Shown here: piece after piece, positions 46,967 through 58,389 of the stretch | How the letters are laid out: each line of letters starts with the position of its first letter | How positions within the stretch are numbered: position 1 is the first letter of the stretch | The notes under the pieces: model-generated | Seen by the model: the letters and a program-made list of their open reading frames with translations, nothing else | What the model was told of the DNA's origin: nothing | Databases searched by the model: none | Source: Leidyana gryllorum EB-2025a | Taxonomy: Eukaryota; Protista; Apicomplexa | NCBI GenBank assembly: GCA_048772705.1 | Contig: JBLWGC010000109.1 | Span: forward strand, 1-64,000 | DNA length: 64,000 bases | Direction of reading: 5' to 3' | Translations under genes and position numbers: made by a program

Positions 46967-48949
46967 ATGTACAATATGACTGACGGCACCAACAAACTGG
47001 TGGATAGCAATGACTGCCCTACCCCCCGACCCGATACCCTGGCCATGTTCCTGAATTCGGTCATCCCAGCGAGACCAATCATTGTGCACACCCGCAATTC
47101 AATCCTATCAGCACCCAAAGTACCCGATGTACGCTATCCCAGAAGGCCGTACGATGCCATTGTATGTCATTTACGCCTTCAAATGTCAATGTGTGTGGAA
47201 TGTTTGGGTGTAGGTGGCCTCGCAGTCCAACGATTTTGCCGACTGGACAGTTGCGCAATCTGATTTCTTCCAGGCACAACAACTCGATACCACTCCCATT
47301 CTGCCTGTCCATGTTGATAACCGGCAGGAACTTTATATCGGACGATGGCTACGCACCCGTCCGTCTCCCAGCTCCCCTCCACTCATTCGTCCCAGACGTA
47401 GTGCTGTCTCGCACTCCCAGAAACGTTACAAACCCGGGCCATTTGGTGAAGTACGGCAGCCGTCAGTGCGAAGTTTCGTGGGTTCGCCGACTCATCAACA
47501 CAATGTCCTGCGAACAGCCGGTCCTTCGCCCCCCCGGCGAGCAGACACCACCACAACGTGAGTAGAATTCTTCAAATCTTGAAGATTATTAACGATTGAA
47601 CATCACAGAAGATCTCCGGAAGCCGTCCAGCGCGCCTGCGTACCGAGCAACAAAGAACTGCACCCCGTAGGAGGCGTGGAACGGATACTTTGCCACGCTG
47701 CGGCTTACATCGCTCCCCACGTCTATGTGTTTGGGGGACTGACTAAGAATGGATGTTCCGACAGGATGTGGTCTCTATTGCCTTGTAAGCCGGTTCGGTT
47801 GTGGTTCATTGCTGGTGTTCAGCCGATAGCGGGTGGCGGTACGTAGAAGCCGCGGGAGACCAGCGGCCTTCTAGTCGGTATGGACACACGCTGGTGGCCT
47901 GGCGCAAGCAGTTGGTCCTCTTTGGGGGAGATGGAGGCCCGGGCTATCTGGACGATCTGTGGTACTTTGACACCGAGAAGCACGAATGGGACCGGATCTC
48001 GTTGGAGCAAGAACAGGAAGGTCGGCGTCCCGGTGCCCGCACAGGGCACTCGGCTGTGGTTCACGGAGATAAGATGCTGGTATTCGGGGGATGGCGCGGA
48101 GGCGATGGGTTCTCGGATGTCTGGTCCTGTGATCTTCAGGCTCGAAATTGGGACTTGCTGCATTACAGGGCAGGCCAAGGCCGGGAGCTCAAACGAACGA
48201 CTAACGAGGGCATATTGTGCCCAACAGAGGCTCCCGAGCCCCGACAGTGGCACATCTGTGGCGTCTTTGGTGAGTATATGTACATCCATGGTGGCTATGG
48301 ATTCGGCGGTGTACTGCGACACGTCTGGCGATTCCACATCGAAAACCGAACGTGGGAATTCGTGAGAATGAAGGGCGCAGAACCAGCAGCCCGATGTCGG
48401 TAAGCACTCAGTGGGATGAGGCAGTCACCACGCCCACCACGGCAGCCACTCTGGAGTTGTGGTGGGAGACGATAAATGGGTGGTGTTTGGAGGAAAGGAC
48501 GCAGAAGGATCCTACTTTTGCGATATGTTCGTAATGGATGTGAAATGCCATACCTGGAGAGCAGTTTCACTATTCTCTCCGCCCGAACCGTTACCCAAGG
48601 CAGAGCCGGAATGGTGGAATTGCGCGGACATTCTGCGCGGGCTGCCCTACCTGCACTGCCAGGCTACTGCTTATGATCACCAAAATAAATGCATTGTGGT
48701 AACGGGTGGCTGCAACGGCGAAATGGCAGCCTACGACTCGACCATACTGCTCAAAAGATACTGTTCAGCTGCTCTAGTGAGTCTACCCGCATATCACTGT
48801 GTGTGTGTGTGTACGCGTTGCTGCAGTTATTTGAGGAGTGGATAACGCGGCGACCGCGAAGAGTCTCTCAGCCGGCGGGAATGGACCTGCCGGAATTCTT
48901 GCATCGTTATCCTGAGCCTGCTGCGCGTGAGATTCTGCGTTTCTTGTAG
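46967..48949 (+). CDS. Kelch-repeat protein (KLHDC-like), multi-exon
   Basis: Repeated P..R.GH..(L/V)FGG..D(L/V)W motifs; hand-spliced model of about 6 exons ending AREILRFL*. Confidence 0.85.
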
Positions 48950-49045
48950 ATAGACTTGTGAATTCAATGCTGCACCTACTGATGCACCACCTTCAATCGC
49001 ATGCCCCCTGGACCTGTCATTTCATTGATTCTCAAACCTCTCAAC

Positions 49046-50356
49046 ATGTTTCGGGTTCGTTCTCACGCCAGTCGGCGCCAGAGACATCGTATGGGGCAGC
49101 AGCCTATACTGATGAACCCGGCCACACACCACAGCCGCACCGCCACGCCTATACAGACACGCGGTAGATACTTCACTCCCATGGGATCTAATGAACCAAC
49201 GATGCAATCGGTTCAAAGTGACGGCCCTATGAGTACAGAGATCCGCCACCCCCGCTTCTCCGCACCACTGCGTGATTTGGGCTGCGTTTCGAGTGTTGTT
49301 CGCGAGTCCATCATGTCTCCGCCCCCCTCACAGCCCATGGGAGATCAAGACGTCCCTCCGAAGACGCCACAGTTGTCCGCCGAACTTCTTCAGAAAAGTG
49401 GAGACCCCAAACGGCGATCGTTTCAGCTCCTTTCCTCACCGGTGGGAACTGGAGGTCGGCCAGACCGCTTTGGGCGGTCCGCAGATCCACAGCCGCCGCC
49501 TGCGAGACGGTTACAGCGTGAGGCAATCACGAATGTGGAGGACTCTCTGGAAGATCTCAGTACGCCCGGGAGATCGGTGGAGCTGGTGTCCCCTACGGAC
49601 CGATTGGACAGTGAAGAGAGCTATGAGGACAGTTTGTTGAACGGAGACGCCGGGTGCGAGTCCCCAATCTCCGAGCCGCCCTTCGCCTGCAAAGCGGTCC
49701 AGAGCGATGGGGGAGAAGAGTGGGACGAATTGGTTGTGGCCGCAGCGCTGCTGTTGCAGCAGGGTGCAGCTTTACGTCAATCCGCCATGGAGCGTCAGGT
49801 GCTCGCGGGAGAATACTCGCCTTCCAGCTATCCGTCAAAGCCGCGGTTACCTCGTCTTCAAGGGCACTCTCCTCCCAATGCAGTGCCGTCGTCGTCTTCT
49901 CGTGTCTCGTCTCTGTCTGCTGTGTCGCGCTGCTCTTTCTCGCACGCCTCTCTGTCTCACCCGTCTTCGCACAGCAGCGGTCGAGCGGCCTCTGTTCCTC
50001 CGTGCCGATATCCAACGCGGAGTCTCTCCTCAATACCCTCTCCACTGTCAATCCCAGTCAGTGGACTGGCCCGGCCGCCGGTGCGGATAACCTGTTGCAA
50101 TGGCATTTCGTTACACAAAGTGACTGTGCCACGGCGGAAAGAAGGGGGCGGTGGCACCGGTACGCGGGCGAACGTGGCTGCGGCAGCTGCCCCCCCGTTG
50201 ACAGCTCTATGCCCAGAGAAGTGTCCACAGGGGTGGCGAGCAGAGCTACCGTCACGTTCAGCCCTTTTGTCGGCGACTGAGGTCGACTGCGAGCAGACAG
50301 CGGGCTGGTGTTCGGGTTTACGGCAGCCGAAACTGACCCTTTCGATGATCAGTTGA
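49046..50356 (+). CDS. Hypothetical Ser/Pro-rich disordered protein
   Basis: Long intronless ORF; start uncertain. Confidence 0.55.
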   Translation: MFRVRSHASRRQRHRMGQQPILMNPATHHSRTATPIQTRGRYFTPMGSNEPTMQSVQSDGPMSTEIRHPRFSAPLRDLGCVSSVVRESIMSPPPSQPMGDQDVPPKTPQLSAELLQKSGDPKRRSFQLLSSPVGTGGRPDRFGRSADPQPPPARRLQREAITNVEDSLEDLSTPGRSVELVSPTDRLDSEESYEDSLLNGDAGCESPISEPPFACKAVQSDGGEEWDELVVAAALLLQQGAALRQSAMERQVLAGEYSPSSYPSKPRLPRLQGHSPPNAVPSSSSRVSSLSAVSRCSFSHASLSHPSSHSSGRAASVPPCRYPTRSLSSIPSPLSIPVSGLARPPVRITCCNGISLHKVTVPRRKEGGGGTGTRANVAAAAAPPLTALCPEKCPQGWRAELPSRSALLSATEVDCEQTAGWCSGLRQPKLTLSMIS

Positions 50357-50383
50357 GAATAGCATGCGGGTGCACATGTGGTG

Positions 50384-52168
50384 ATGGAGGTGCCTTCTGG
50401 TCATTGTTCATGTTGCGTGGAGAAATTACATTTAGAGCCCTCTCCGGCCAACCTTAGAGCCCCCCGAAGATCAGCAGTATGGGTGCGTCGGTGGCTGTTG
50501 AAGATTTCGCCCACCTCGGAGGTAACGAGTCTCAGGCGATCTGAGCTGGCTCGAGACGCTTTCCACTGGGAATGTCGAAAGGTGTCGGATCTGTTGAGAC
50601 AGCAGCGACATCGTTTAGCCAATGTGATTCGCTCTGTACGAGAGCGGATACGAATCAAACAGGAACGACGAAGGGCCTTCCGCGCGTCCAAGCGGCAGCT
50701 CAAGAAGGACTGCAAGCTGCAAATCAAGCGGAGACGGGACACAGAGAGAGCTCTCCGCGCCTGGGAGCGCTCTCAACGCCGGAAAGAAAAGGAACAGCTC
50801 AAACTACAACGTCACCAAGAGAGAACTCGGTTGGCCGAGGTGCGACGGCAGCAAATTCTGGAACGCCGTCTCCGGAAACGGGCTGAGAAGGCCGCGATAA
50901 TCCGAGCCCGGAAGGCAGAAGCCGAGGAACGGCGGCTGCGACAAATATCAGAACTTCAAGCCTCCTGGGAGACTCTCCATCGGCAGCAATGCGCTGCTGA
51001 TCGGATCATAGATGAGTTCGAACGTCAGTTCAAGACCGACGGAAATGAGCCGCCGCCCCCGCCAAGCAGCCGAAGCGGTTTGAGACGCGAGATCTCCATT
51101 CCCTCCCATCCAGTGGCGATCTCTATGAATAGAAATGACGACTTTTGTGACTCGAGCGTTTCAGATTCGGAAGACGACGATATGAGCGGTTCCGATGATG
51201 ATGAGGTGCCGGACGAAGTCACACCCACACAGTCTGCTTCCTCACAACAGGAGGACCATCCCACTGAGGACGAATGTGTCTCCTTACTGCACGGTGGGAC
51301 TGATGACTTTGGTGGCGGTGGAAAAGACCGCGACCCGCATTTGACCGAGGAAGACGACGATGTGCCCCGGCCGAGAGCAGCGGAAGTCCGTCCGGAAGCC
51401 TGCATCATTCGGGCCGGCGCAGGAGTTCAAGTTCAGCAGATTTTCCAGTGCAACCGGAACGTTGAAGTGCAGTGCAACCGGACTGGCGAGGAGGAAGTGC
51501 AATACAAACCGATCCCGTCTCACACCCCTGTGTCCTCGGAGTGTGCGGATGGTGGTGTCTCCGACTCGCAGTCATCAAAGACGGAGTTCAAGACGCTGTT
51601 GAGCCATCTGCTCAAAGTTTATATGCTGAGTCCACGTCGATCTGAGCTGAGTGACGATCAGGTACTGAAACAGATCACTGAGGTGGCTTTCCCCAGATCG
51701 GATCCCCCCCGACGAGGTAGCCGCACACGGACGATAACCCCTCCGCCTGCGTCCGAGTTGCCACGGGCGCGGTTCGACGCAGCTGTTCAGGCGCACGAAT
51801 TACGATGTCGCACGACAGAGACGGCGAGTCCTCCTCCGAGTGGAGTTCCCAGCACGTTCCCCGACTGTTTCGTTGGACGGCCGTTTGGACGGCTCCATGA
51901 TAGCTGGGGGGCCAAGAGGTTACACATGTTCTATGACAATTTGGACCATTTACAGCAGTCTTTCGGTGGCCAGACAAAGACTTACGCTCGGGCAGCGGGT
52001 CTGTTGAAGCGAGCTGACACGCTCAAGAAGGGTCCCAGACTTTTCCTCAAAGTCGTGCGGGATCTCAATGCAGACACCACTGGCAATGTTACAGATCGCG
52101 AGTTATACTATGTGTTGACTCAGTGCGCCTCGGAACTGCACATTCTGCGGCCGCGGGTTCGTCAATGA
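50384..52168 (+). CDS. Hypothetical protein with basic coiled coil, acidic linker and helical C-terminus
   Basis: 596-codon intronless ORF. Confidence 0.7.
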   Translation: MEVPSGHCSCCVEKLHLEPSPANLRAPRRSAVWVRRWLLKISPTSEVTSLRRSELARDAFHWECRKVSDLLRQQRHRLANVIRSVRERIRIKQERRRAFRASKRQLKKDCKLQIKRRRDTERALRAWERSQRRKEKEQLKLQRHQERTRLAEVRRQQILERRLRKRAEKAAIIRARKAEAEERRLRQISELQASWETLHRQQCAADRIIDEFERQFKTDGNEPPPPPSSRSGLRREISIPSHPVAISMNRNDDFCDSSVSDSEDDDMSGSDDDEVPDEVTPTQSASSQQEDHPTEDECVSLLHGGTDDFGGGGKDRDPHLTEEDDDVPRPRAAEVRPEACIIRAGAGVQVQQIFQCNRNVEVQCNRTGEEEVQYKPIPSHTPVSSECADGGVSDSQSSKTEFKTLLSHLLKVYMLSPRRSELSDDQVLKQITEVAFPRSDPPRRGSRTRTITPPPASELPRARFDAAVQAHELRCRTTETASPPPSGVPSTFPDCFVGRPFGRLHDSWGAKRLHMFYDNLDHLQQSFGGQTKTYARAAGLLKRADTLKKGPRLFLKVVRDLNADTTGNVTDRELYYVLTQCASELHILRPRVRQ

Positions 52169-52460
52169 ATTGGGCAATGTGGTGAACCTTCAATGTGAAT
52201 CAACTCTTTCTCATAAGTCTGAGTGTTGGTGGTCAAGTTGATGTGTGGGACTCGGCGCCCGCTGGTCGTCACGGCGCAGTGTGTAAGACAGTGTGTCCTC
52301 CACGTCATTTGAGGATCTTTGATTGAGCGGTCCGCTTTTCCCGCAGTAAGAGTGTGTTTGTCACACTTGGACATTCGGAGTTTCCACTCCAACCGATCCC
52401 AGTGTACATGCACGCGTTTGTGGGGCAACGTGAAAGATCAACGAGGAGAACGATACTTTA

Positions 52461-54293
52461 TTGTTGATGAGAGTTGCGCCTGATCCCCAGCCGAGGGCCG
52501 GGGGCGGCACTCGTGTCGGAGAGAGGCAAACCGCGTGTCCGACCGACGGGGCAGTGTTGTCTTTCACTCCGTCCTCGTCTCCCGTTTCGTCGAGTGCCGG
52601 AAGCGGACGAAGAACGCCTCGATTCCACCCCGGAATGGAGTGTCACTGGTCAAAGCCCAAGTTGCCCGTGGTGGAGCACAAAACACCACACAAAGTGGAG
52701 AAGGTTAAACGAGCTGTCCTGCGACTCTCTCGGCCGGTCTACTGGGTAGCGAGAGACGCCGTCTCCATCGCTGCCGACGCGGCCAAAAACGGAGCGTTCC
52801 TCTTACACAACAGAGCTCACGACAATATTCACCAACAGATGAGTCGCTTACGGGCGGCCATCGCTCGCAACCGCCAAAAGATACTGCTCAAGAGACAATA
52901 CAAACGCGATCTCAAGACTTTGAGGAAACAAGAATTCTCCGACTCCGACGCTTACCGGATGGCGTACGAAGCACTCTACGATGACTGGGCTCACAAAGTC
53001 TCAGCCCAACTGGCGGAACAAAGACGTCTCAAAGTACTCCAAGCCTTCGCCCGCCGGAAAGAACGACGGAGACTCAGAGACCTGCGACGCACACAACGGG
53101 ATCATCTTCAGAGAACGCGACGCGAACGTCGCTCGGCCAGACATATGGATGAGGCCGTCCGTACCTATCTGATGGGCCGATCAGATGTGCCAGTTCGGGC
53201 TGATATCTCCCAGGTGTTCGAGATGATGAGTCCACACACTGTCAATTCCAAATCAGTCGACGGCGTGTTCGGCTACCCGCAGTACGCCGGCCGAGACGCC
53301 GCCCGAGACGCATCCGACGATACGCCGCCGCCCTCTGACCACCCCACTCCATACACCGTTGGGTCCGAAGATCGATTCGAGATCTTCGGCCAGGACCAAA
53401 ATGCCTCACCGCGCTTCGTCAGTCCACTACCCCAACCGAGATCACCCTCTTCCTCCTCCTCCGGTTCGGACGAGGGACCGCCGAACCGCCGAAGAGACGC
53501 ACCACCGGGCCGCCCGACCCCCAAACCACGACGCCGTCAACACACCCATCCCGGCAATGCAGCTGTGGAGACCTCGTCTCCGGCGGGCCCCGCCGCGAGA
53601 GGCACACGAACCGCACTGGTGAGTTGGACGCCCCGTCACGGCCGCTTATTGGACGAAGTGTTTCGACGCGCCACGGCGGATCTGAAGGCCCGTCATCCCG
53701 AAGCGTACGCCCGTTTCCTCGAACAGCGGCGGCGACACCGCCAGCAGCGGCAGACGAGGTCCCATGAGGCACGAACCAGCAGCCCCTCCCCCTCTGCGCC
53801 TTCGTCCCCTTCTTCTCCACCGAGATTAAAGTCTCCGTCTGCCCTCTCGTCGCCTCAAACAGTGTCTGGAGACGCCTCGGTGTCTCACAAGGCGACGGTG
53901 ATGTCACCTCAGCGGAGCCATCCAGCTGTGGAAGAATGTGGCGCCCCAGCGGCTGCCGGTGGCACACCTGTGGCTGAGAGTGCGACAGCATCGACCGAAA
54001 GTCGGAGGCGAGGAGGACGAAATGATCAGTGCTCCCCAAATGATCAGTGCTCCCCGGCCTCCTCTGTCGATGTACCGTTTGTTGGCAGCGTAGAGCCTAT
54101 TGAAGGGCAAATTGAATCCCCAGCAGCAGTGCCAAGAGAGAACATCGTAGACATCGGTGGGCTGGCTGAGGCAGTAAGAACATTGATCCGAGAAGAAGTG
54201 TCCGCACACGTGGCAACGTTAATCCACTCGGATAACGGCGCGCGTGTGTGTTTAGTGTACCGGCCGGATCAAAAGCGGGACAAAGTGCGGTGA
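52461..54293 (+). CDS. Hypothetical protein, probable paralog of the preceding gene
   Basis: 610-codon intronless ORF with a similar N-terminal basic coiled coil; real start may be the ATG near 52635. Confidence 0.65.
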   Translation: MLMRVAPDPQPRAGGGTRVGERQTACPTDGAVLSFTPSSSPVSSSAGSGRRTPRFHPGMECHWSKPKLPVVEHKTPHKVEKVKRAVLRLSRPVYWVARDAVSIAADAAKNGAFLLHNRAHDNIHQQMSRLRAAIARNRQKILLKRQYKRDLKTLRKQEFSDSDAYRMAYEALYDDWAHKVSAQLAEQRRLKVLQAFARRKERRRLRDLRRTQRDHLQRTRRERRSARHMDEAVRTYLMGRSDVPVRADISQVFEMMSPHTVNSKSVDGVFGYPQYAGRDAARDASDDTPPPSDHPTPYTVGSEDRFEIFGQDQNASPRFVSPLPQPRSPSSSSSGSDEGPPNRRRDAPPGRPTPKPRRRQHTHPGNAAVETSSPAGPAARGTRTALVSWTPRHGRLLDEVFRRATADLKARHPEAYARFLEQRRRHRQQRQTRSHEARTSSPSPSAPSSPSSPPRLKSPSALSSPQTVSGDASVSHKATVMSPQRSHPAVEECGAPAAAGGTPVAESATASTESRRRGGRNDQCSPNDQCSPASSVDVPFVGSVEPIEGQIESPAAVPRENIVDIGGLAEAVRTLIREEVSAHVATLIHSDNGARVCLVYRPDQKRDKVR

Positions 54294-54528
54294 CACAAGA
54301 TGCAGAATATGATTTGAGGTGTTGCATGCTGCTGAACGCGTGGTGAATTAATTCTTTGACGAAAGACCTCAATGTTGGGATCGGTACAATTAAAGGACGA
54401 AAGCGAGCGACGACTGTCAGTAGTATCATAGACTGGCTGTGTTGGCGGTGACTCGCAGTTTGGTTATAGACACAACAAATGAAAAGCGTGGGTTAATTTT
54501 TTTGCAGCCTCTTGGAGTGCTTAAGGCC

Positions 54529-54835
54529 ATGAAGAACGACGCCGGCGAGTACGTTGACCTTTACATTCCGAGGAAATGGTAAGCAATATCCGTATTTATT
54601 CCTACGTTTACGGCGTGTGTGCAGCTCGGCTTCCCACCGGATCATTTCCGCTAAGGAGCACGGCTCCATCCAGCTGAATATCTGCAAGGTCGATGCTGCA
54701 GGTCGCGCTACCAGTGAAGTGGTGACTTTGGCTCTCAACCAGCAGATCCGTCGTTCCGGCGACGCTGATGCGAGAATCAACGAGCTCATCCAGGAGGCTG
54801 ACATCAAGTGCACTGCTGTTGCCACTGCCATCTAG
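54529..54835 (+). CDS. RPS21: 40S ribosomal protein S21 (eS21)
   Basis: MKNDAGEYVDLYIPRKC|SASHRIISAKEHGSIQLNI; intron 54579-54624. Confidence 0.97.
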
Positions 54836-54872
54836 AAAGATTGATTGATTCGATTCACGCCCTTATCTATTA

Positions 54873-56351
54873 TCATCGGTCAAGTTTTCCCTTCAATAAC
54901 TGCAGTAACAAAAGGCCCTGTACTCGATGGTCAATCTGTTGACTCCATCTCTTATAGTCTTCATAGAAATGCGGATCTTCGACCCTTGGAGTCTGAGGAT
55001 CCGAAGGCGCTCGCTCCTCTTTGGGAACTGCTTCTCTGTACATCTTGTAGCTCGGGGTTTGTCTAACCGCCGCTAGCATCATGGCATGCTTCGCCTGTTG
55101 CAGCAGCCTGGGTTCGTAGTCGGGTCTCATGTTCGGTGCGTTGTAAGGCATCGGAACGTCTCGTCGCTCCATCGGATCGAAAGGCGAACCAACTCTGGGG
55201 ACATGGAGACTGTGACTGCGGTAATGACGCCGGTTCTGGAATGGACCGCGTGGTAACGGAGACGGGGGAGCTCCTCCAGTATGGGGTCCCGGGGCGAAAG
55301 GATTACCGCTCATCGTGGGGCCGCCTGGGGGGTACACTTGGGGTGATGGCGGCGATGCAAACATCCCCGCACTCCCAGCTCTGCACGGACCCGGCATCCC
55401 ACTGTACATTCGTCTATGCTGGGGTAATGGAGGCCGTCCTCTGTGGTCAAACCTCTGGGGTGGTATCGGGTTATGGTGAGGCATCAGTGGGGGACGCGGG
55501 GGTGGAGCGTATGCCACGCCATCACTCATAGGAGCCATCATTGGCGAAAAGTGATTGATCGGCCGCACCATTTGGGGAGGTGTGGCTGTGATAGATGGAG
55601 GATAGCGGGTAGCGATATTGGGTAGGGGTGGTTCAGGTTGCTGCATATGTTGTTGCTGTTGTTGCTGTTGCTGTGATTGTAGGTGGATCATCGCCAAGTT
55701 GATTCCGGCCGGCACCGATGGAGATGTAGGAGCCTGAAACGAGTTTGTGGCTGCACACTCGTTCGAGCTGATGCCTTCACCAGTCGTCTGTTGAGTTGTG
55801 CCTGCGGGTTTCAATTGATCAGGAGCCAAGCAAGACTGTTCTGGAGTAGCCAACATGCCAACATCAACGCCCTCTGTTGCTGTTGCCGTAGGTGCTACTG
55901 GTGGAAAATCGTCTGCAATCTCTCCTTCTTCCAAATTTACGTCACACGATGAAGACGATGACGGATGTCCTCTCAGCGGACAGACACAGTTCAACTCCGA
56001 TGAAGCAGGCGTAGCGCTGTCATGTGGCACGACCATCATCGAAGATGTGTCGGACCCTTTGCGATTGGCTTCGCCTCCATATTTTACCACTGGCAGACAC
56101 GATAAGGTTGCCTCAGTCAAACTGTTGTGAGACGTTTCTTGAAGCTCAGTGGGCAGTGTTCGTTTTGTGTCCCCAACTTCGCCCGGACTCGAGTCACTCG
56201 ATCGCACAGGAGCCAAGATGTGCTTCGTCCAGCGTAGATATGAGGACAACTTTGACGTTCTGACGTTGCCGTTCTCCAACGAACCACTCTTGTGAGACCG
56301 CCACCATCTCCAGTGATGCGCAGATTTCTGGGTGCTGCTGCTAGCCTTCAT
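54873..56351 (-). CDS. Protein with a C-terminal histone stem-loop-binding (SLBP) RNA-binding-domain-like region
   Basis: RQTPSYKMYREAVPKEERAPSDPQTP..YKRWSQQI aligns by eye with SLBP KNT..Y..Y...VPR..R....HP.TP..S.R.WDQQI; start uncertain. Confidence 0.65.
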   Translation of the reverse strand: MKASSSTQKSAHHWRWWRSHKSGSLENGNVRTSKLSSYLRWTKHILAPVRSSDSSPGEVGDTKRTLPTELQETSHNSLTEATLSCLPVVKYGGEANRKGSDTSSMMVVPHDSATPASSELNCVCPLRGHPSSSSSCDVNLEEGEIADDFPPVAPTATATEGVDVGMLATPEQSCLAPDQLKPAGTTQQTTGEGISSNECAATNSFQAPTSPSVPAGINLAMIHLQSQQQQQQQQHMQQPEPPLPNIATRYPPSITATPPQMVRPINHFSPMMAPMSDGVAYAPPPRPPLMPHHNPIPPQRFDHRGRPPLPQHRRMYSGMPGPCRAGSAGMFASPPSPQVYPPGGPTMSGNPFAPGPHTGGAPPSPLPRGPFQNRRHYRSHSLHVPRVGSPFDPMERRDVPMPYNAPNMRPDYEPRLLQQAKHAMMLAAVRQTPSYKMYREAVPKEERAPSDPQTPRVEDPHFYEDYKRWSQQIDHRVQGLLLLQLLKGKLDR

Positions 56352-56694
56352 GCTTCAACTTATTGTTGTATTATGTCTGAATGACACTCCAGAAAACATC
56401 TGCGTCACTCAGCCGTTTCCCGAATCAAGTATCGGCTCCACCCTTTGTCCATGAGAAAATCCGCCGAGTCCGTCAACTCTCGGGTCGTCCTCACACACTC
56501 GGATAGAGTTTGAGTGTTCAAGCTGCAAATAGCGGTACAAGGATGATGGGTTACCATAGTGCAGTCACTTGAAAGGAAACCGACCCACCACTCCACCGCT
56601 CAACCGCTCAGGGCACACCTAACTCGCGTACGCTTTGCCGGTGTGGTGGACCGAAACCCTCGCACGCGCACATGTAAAGGTCACTTACTCAGCC

Positions 56695-57129
56695 TCAACG
56701 TAACACTGTCCGTCCTCGAACCGCCCATTGTACAGACAGTAAGCGATGTCTTTTGGCGCAGGGCATTTGTTGCCCCACATTCGAACGCATGATAACATCT
56801 GTGCGAGCCACTCGTCGTATCTGAGCTCGCGGCTGGCTGATCCCTTTACTTACCCGACTATTACACCACGCGTTGCAACTCTCGCCCCCGAAGAAGGTAT
56901 CTGCCACATACGCGCGCGCGTGTGTGCGGCACAAGCACAACACAGCCACCACGAACGTTGGAAACTCCTCTTGACTGATTTCCGTATGCCTGGGCGAGCC
57001 GGTGGATGCATACCCTCCCCAGCCCACTGCTAGCAGAGAACTGAGGCAAGGCAACTCGCGAGTCACCGCGTCGGCAATGACATAATTCAGCACCAGCACT
57101 ACCAGTATAAAACTCTGTATCAAACGCAT
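56695..57129 (-). CDS. Possible small secreted Cys-containing protein
   Basis: Signal-like MRLIQSFILVVLVLNYVIA; splice pattern unresolved. Confidence 0.3.
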   Translation of the reverse strand: MRLIQSFILVVLVLNYVIADAVTRELPCLSSLLAVGWGGYASTGSPRHTEISQEEFPTFVVAVLCLCRTHARAYVADTFFGGESCNAWCNSRVSKGISQPRAQIRRVARTDVIMRSNVGQQMPCAKRHRLLSVQWAVRGRTVLR

Positions 57130-57177
57130 ATTCTGTTCATACAACTTGGAATTGATGAGTCTAGGTATCTTAGACTG

Positions 57178-58336
57178 TCAGTGTTTTATCACTTTCATTT
57201 GGCTACGGGCTTTCTTCTTTTCTATCTTGTCTGCGGCTTTGGCTCGTTCAGCTGGACTCATCTGGGCCAGCTTGGCAGCACGTTCTGCTTCCTCTTCCTC
57301 GCGCTTCTTTTTGCCCTCGTCAGCGAGCAATTCCCGCCTCCGTTCCTCCCGAGCCTGTGACAGCGAAATGTGTGTGTGAAAGGCCGTCTTGTAGCAGAAC
57401 TCACATTAGTCAACGCCTGACGACTCTTCTTGACTGCGCGCAGTCCTTCGTCACTTAGTTTATAGGTCGACAGATCGTCCACAGCACGGAACAGGGTCTC
57501 GAATAATTCTCTGCAGGCCGCAACGTATGACGTTAGCACCAGTGTGAACTTACTGCATCCATTGTACACTGCCTGATTGAGGCAGGGCCATCTCCAGTCT
57601 GACCATTCTCCGACATTCAGCTGGATAGCGATCGGAAATCATAATGTCAGAGATGTGGAGAGAGCAGAAGTCGTCCCGTCGATTGGCCAGGAGAGAGAGA
57701 AGCTTGGCAAAATTGGGTAGGTGGATGACATCCTTTGCCGCGTGAGGACAGTCGCTGAGGACGCAGTAAAAGCCGTTGCGTTCAATCTCAGGGTCACTGT
57801 CCATCGGAATTCTAGCAAGTACCAGACTCAGTTCCTCATCGAGTTCTTTGAGGCCTTTCATCCGGAACCGTCTGCCGTATACAAAGCTGAAATGGTCCTT
57901 TGTGGAGGCGGGAGAAGTGCCGAGCTCGACGACCATCTTATCCCGGGTGGTGAAGCTGGCGAAAGCGGTGGGATCGTTTCCGCCGAGGAGCTTGGCGATT
58001 GCACAGATTACCCATCCGAGGAACCAGTCCTGGCGAGGTCTGGTGTCCAGCTTGCAGAGGAAGTAGCGGATGTTTTTACGGCCGGAGGCAAAGACTTCGA
58101 ACTCGTGCAGTGCGACTGGCGAAAGGGTGCCATCGTAACCCGCGAAGTGTTCAGCAAGGACGGGGTTTACGGTTTGGAACCTTTACCAAGACGTGTGTGT
58201 GTAAGAAATGATGATTAGTTAGGGGTTACCATTGGGCGACTGCAGCTGCGTTGTAGTACCGGCCGAGAATTAGGACAGCATAGGCAAAGGATATCGCTGC
58301 CGAAGCCGCTTTGACGGCCCCCCAAATGACGGACAT
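57178..58336 (-). CDS. CCDC47: CCDC47 / PAT complex subunit (DUF1682), multi-exon
   Basis: TM segment then GRYYN..VAQW|F..VLAEHF..EVFASGRKN..KLDTRPRQD; LHISD; KLSDEG..KKSR; basic coiled-coil tail. Confidence 0.8.
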
Positions 58337-58389
58337 AATTTTCTTTCACCCATGTACCAAAGAAGAGATTGCACGCAACATAACTTGTG

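Noticed and set aside
54020-54055. 18-bp tandem duplication encoding NDQCSP twice
   Set aside because: Simple in-frame slippage in a disordered region
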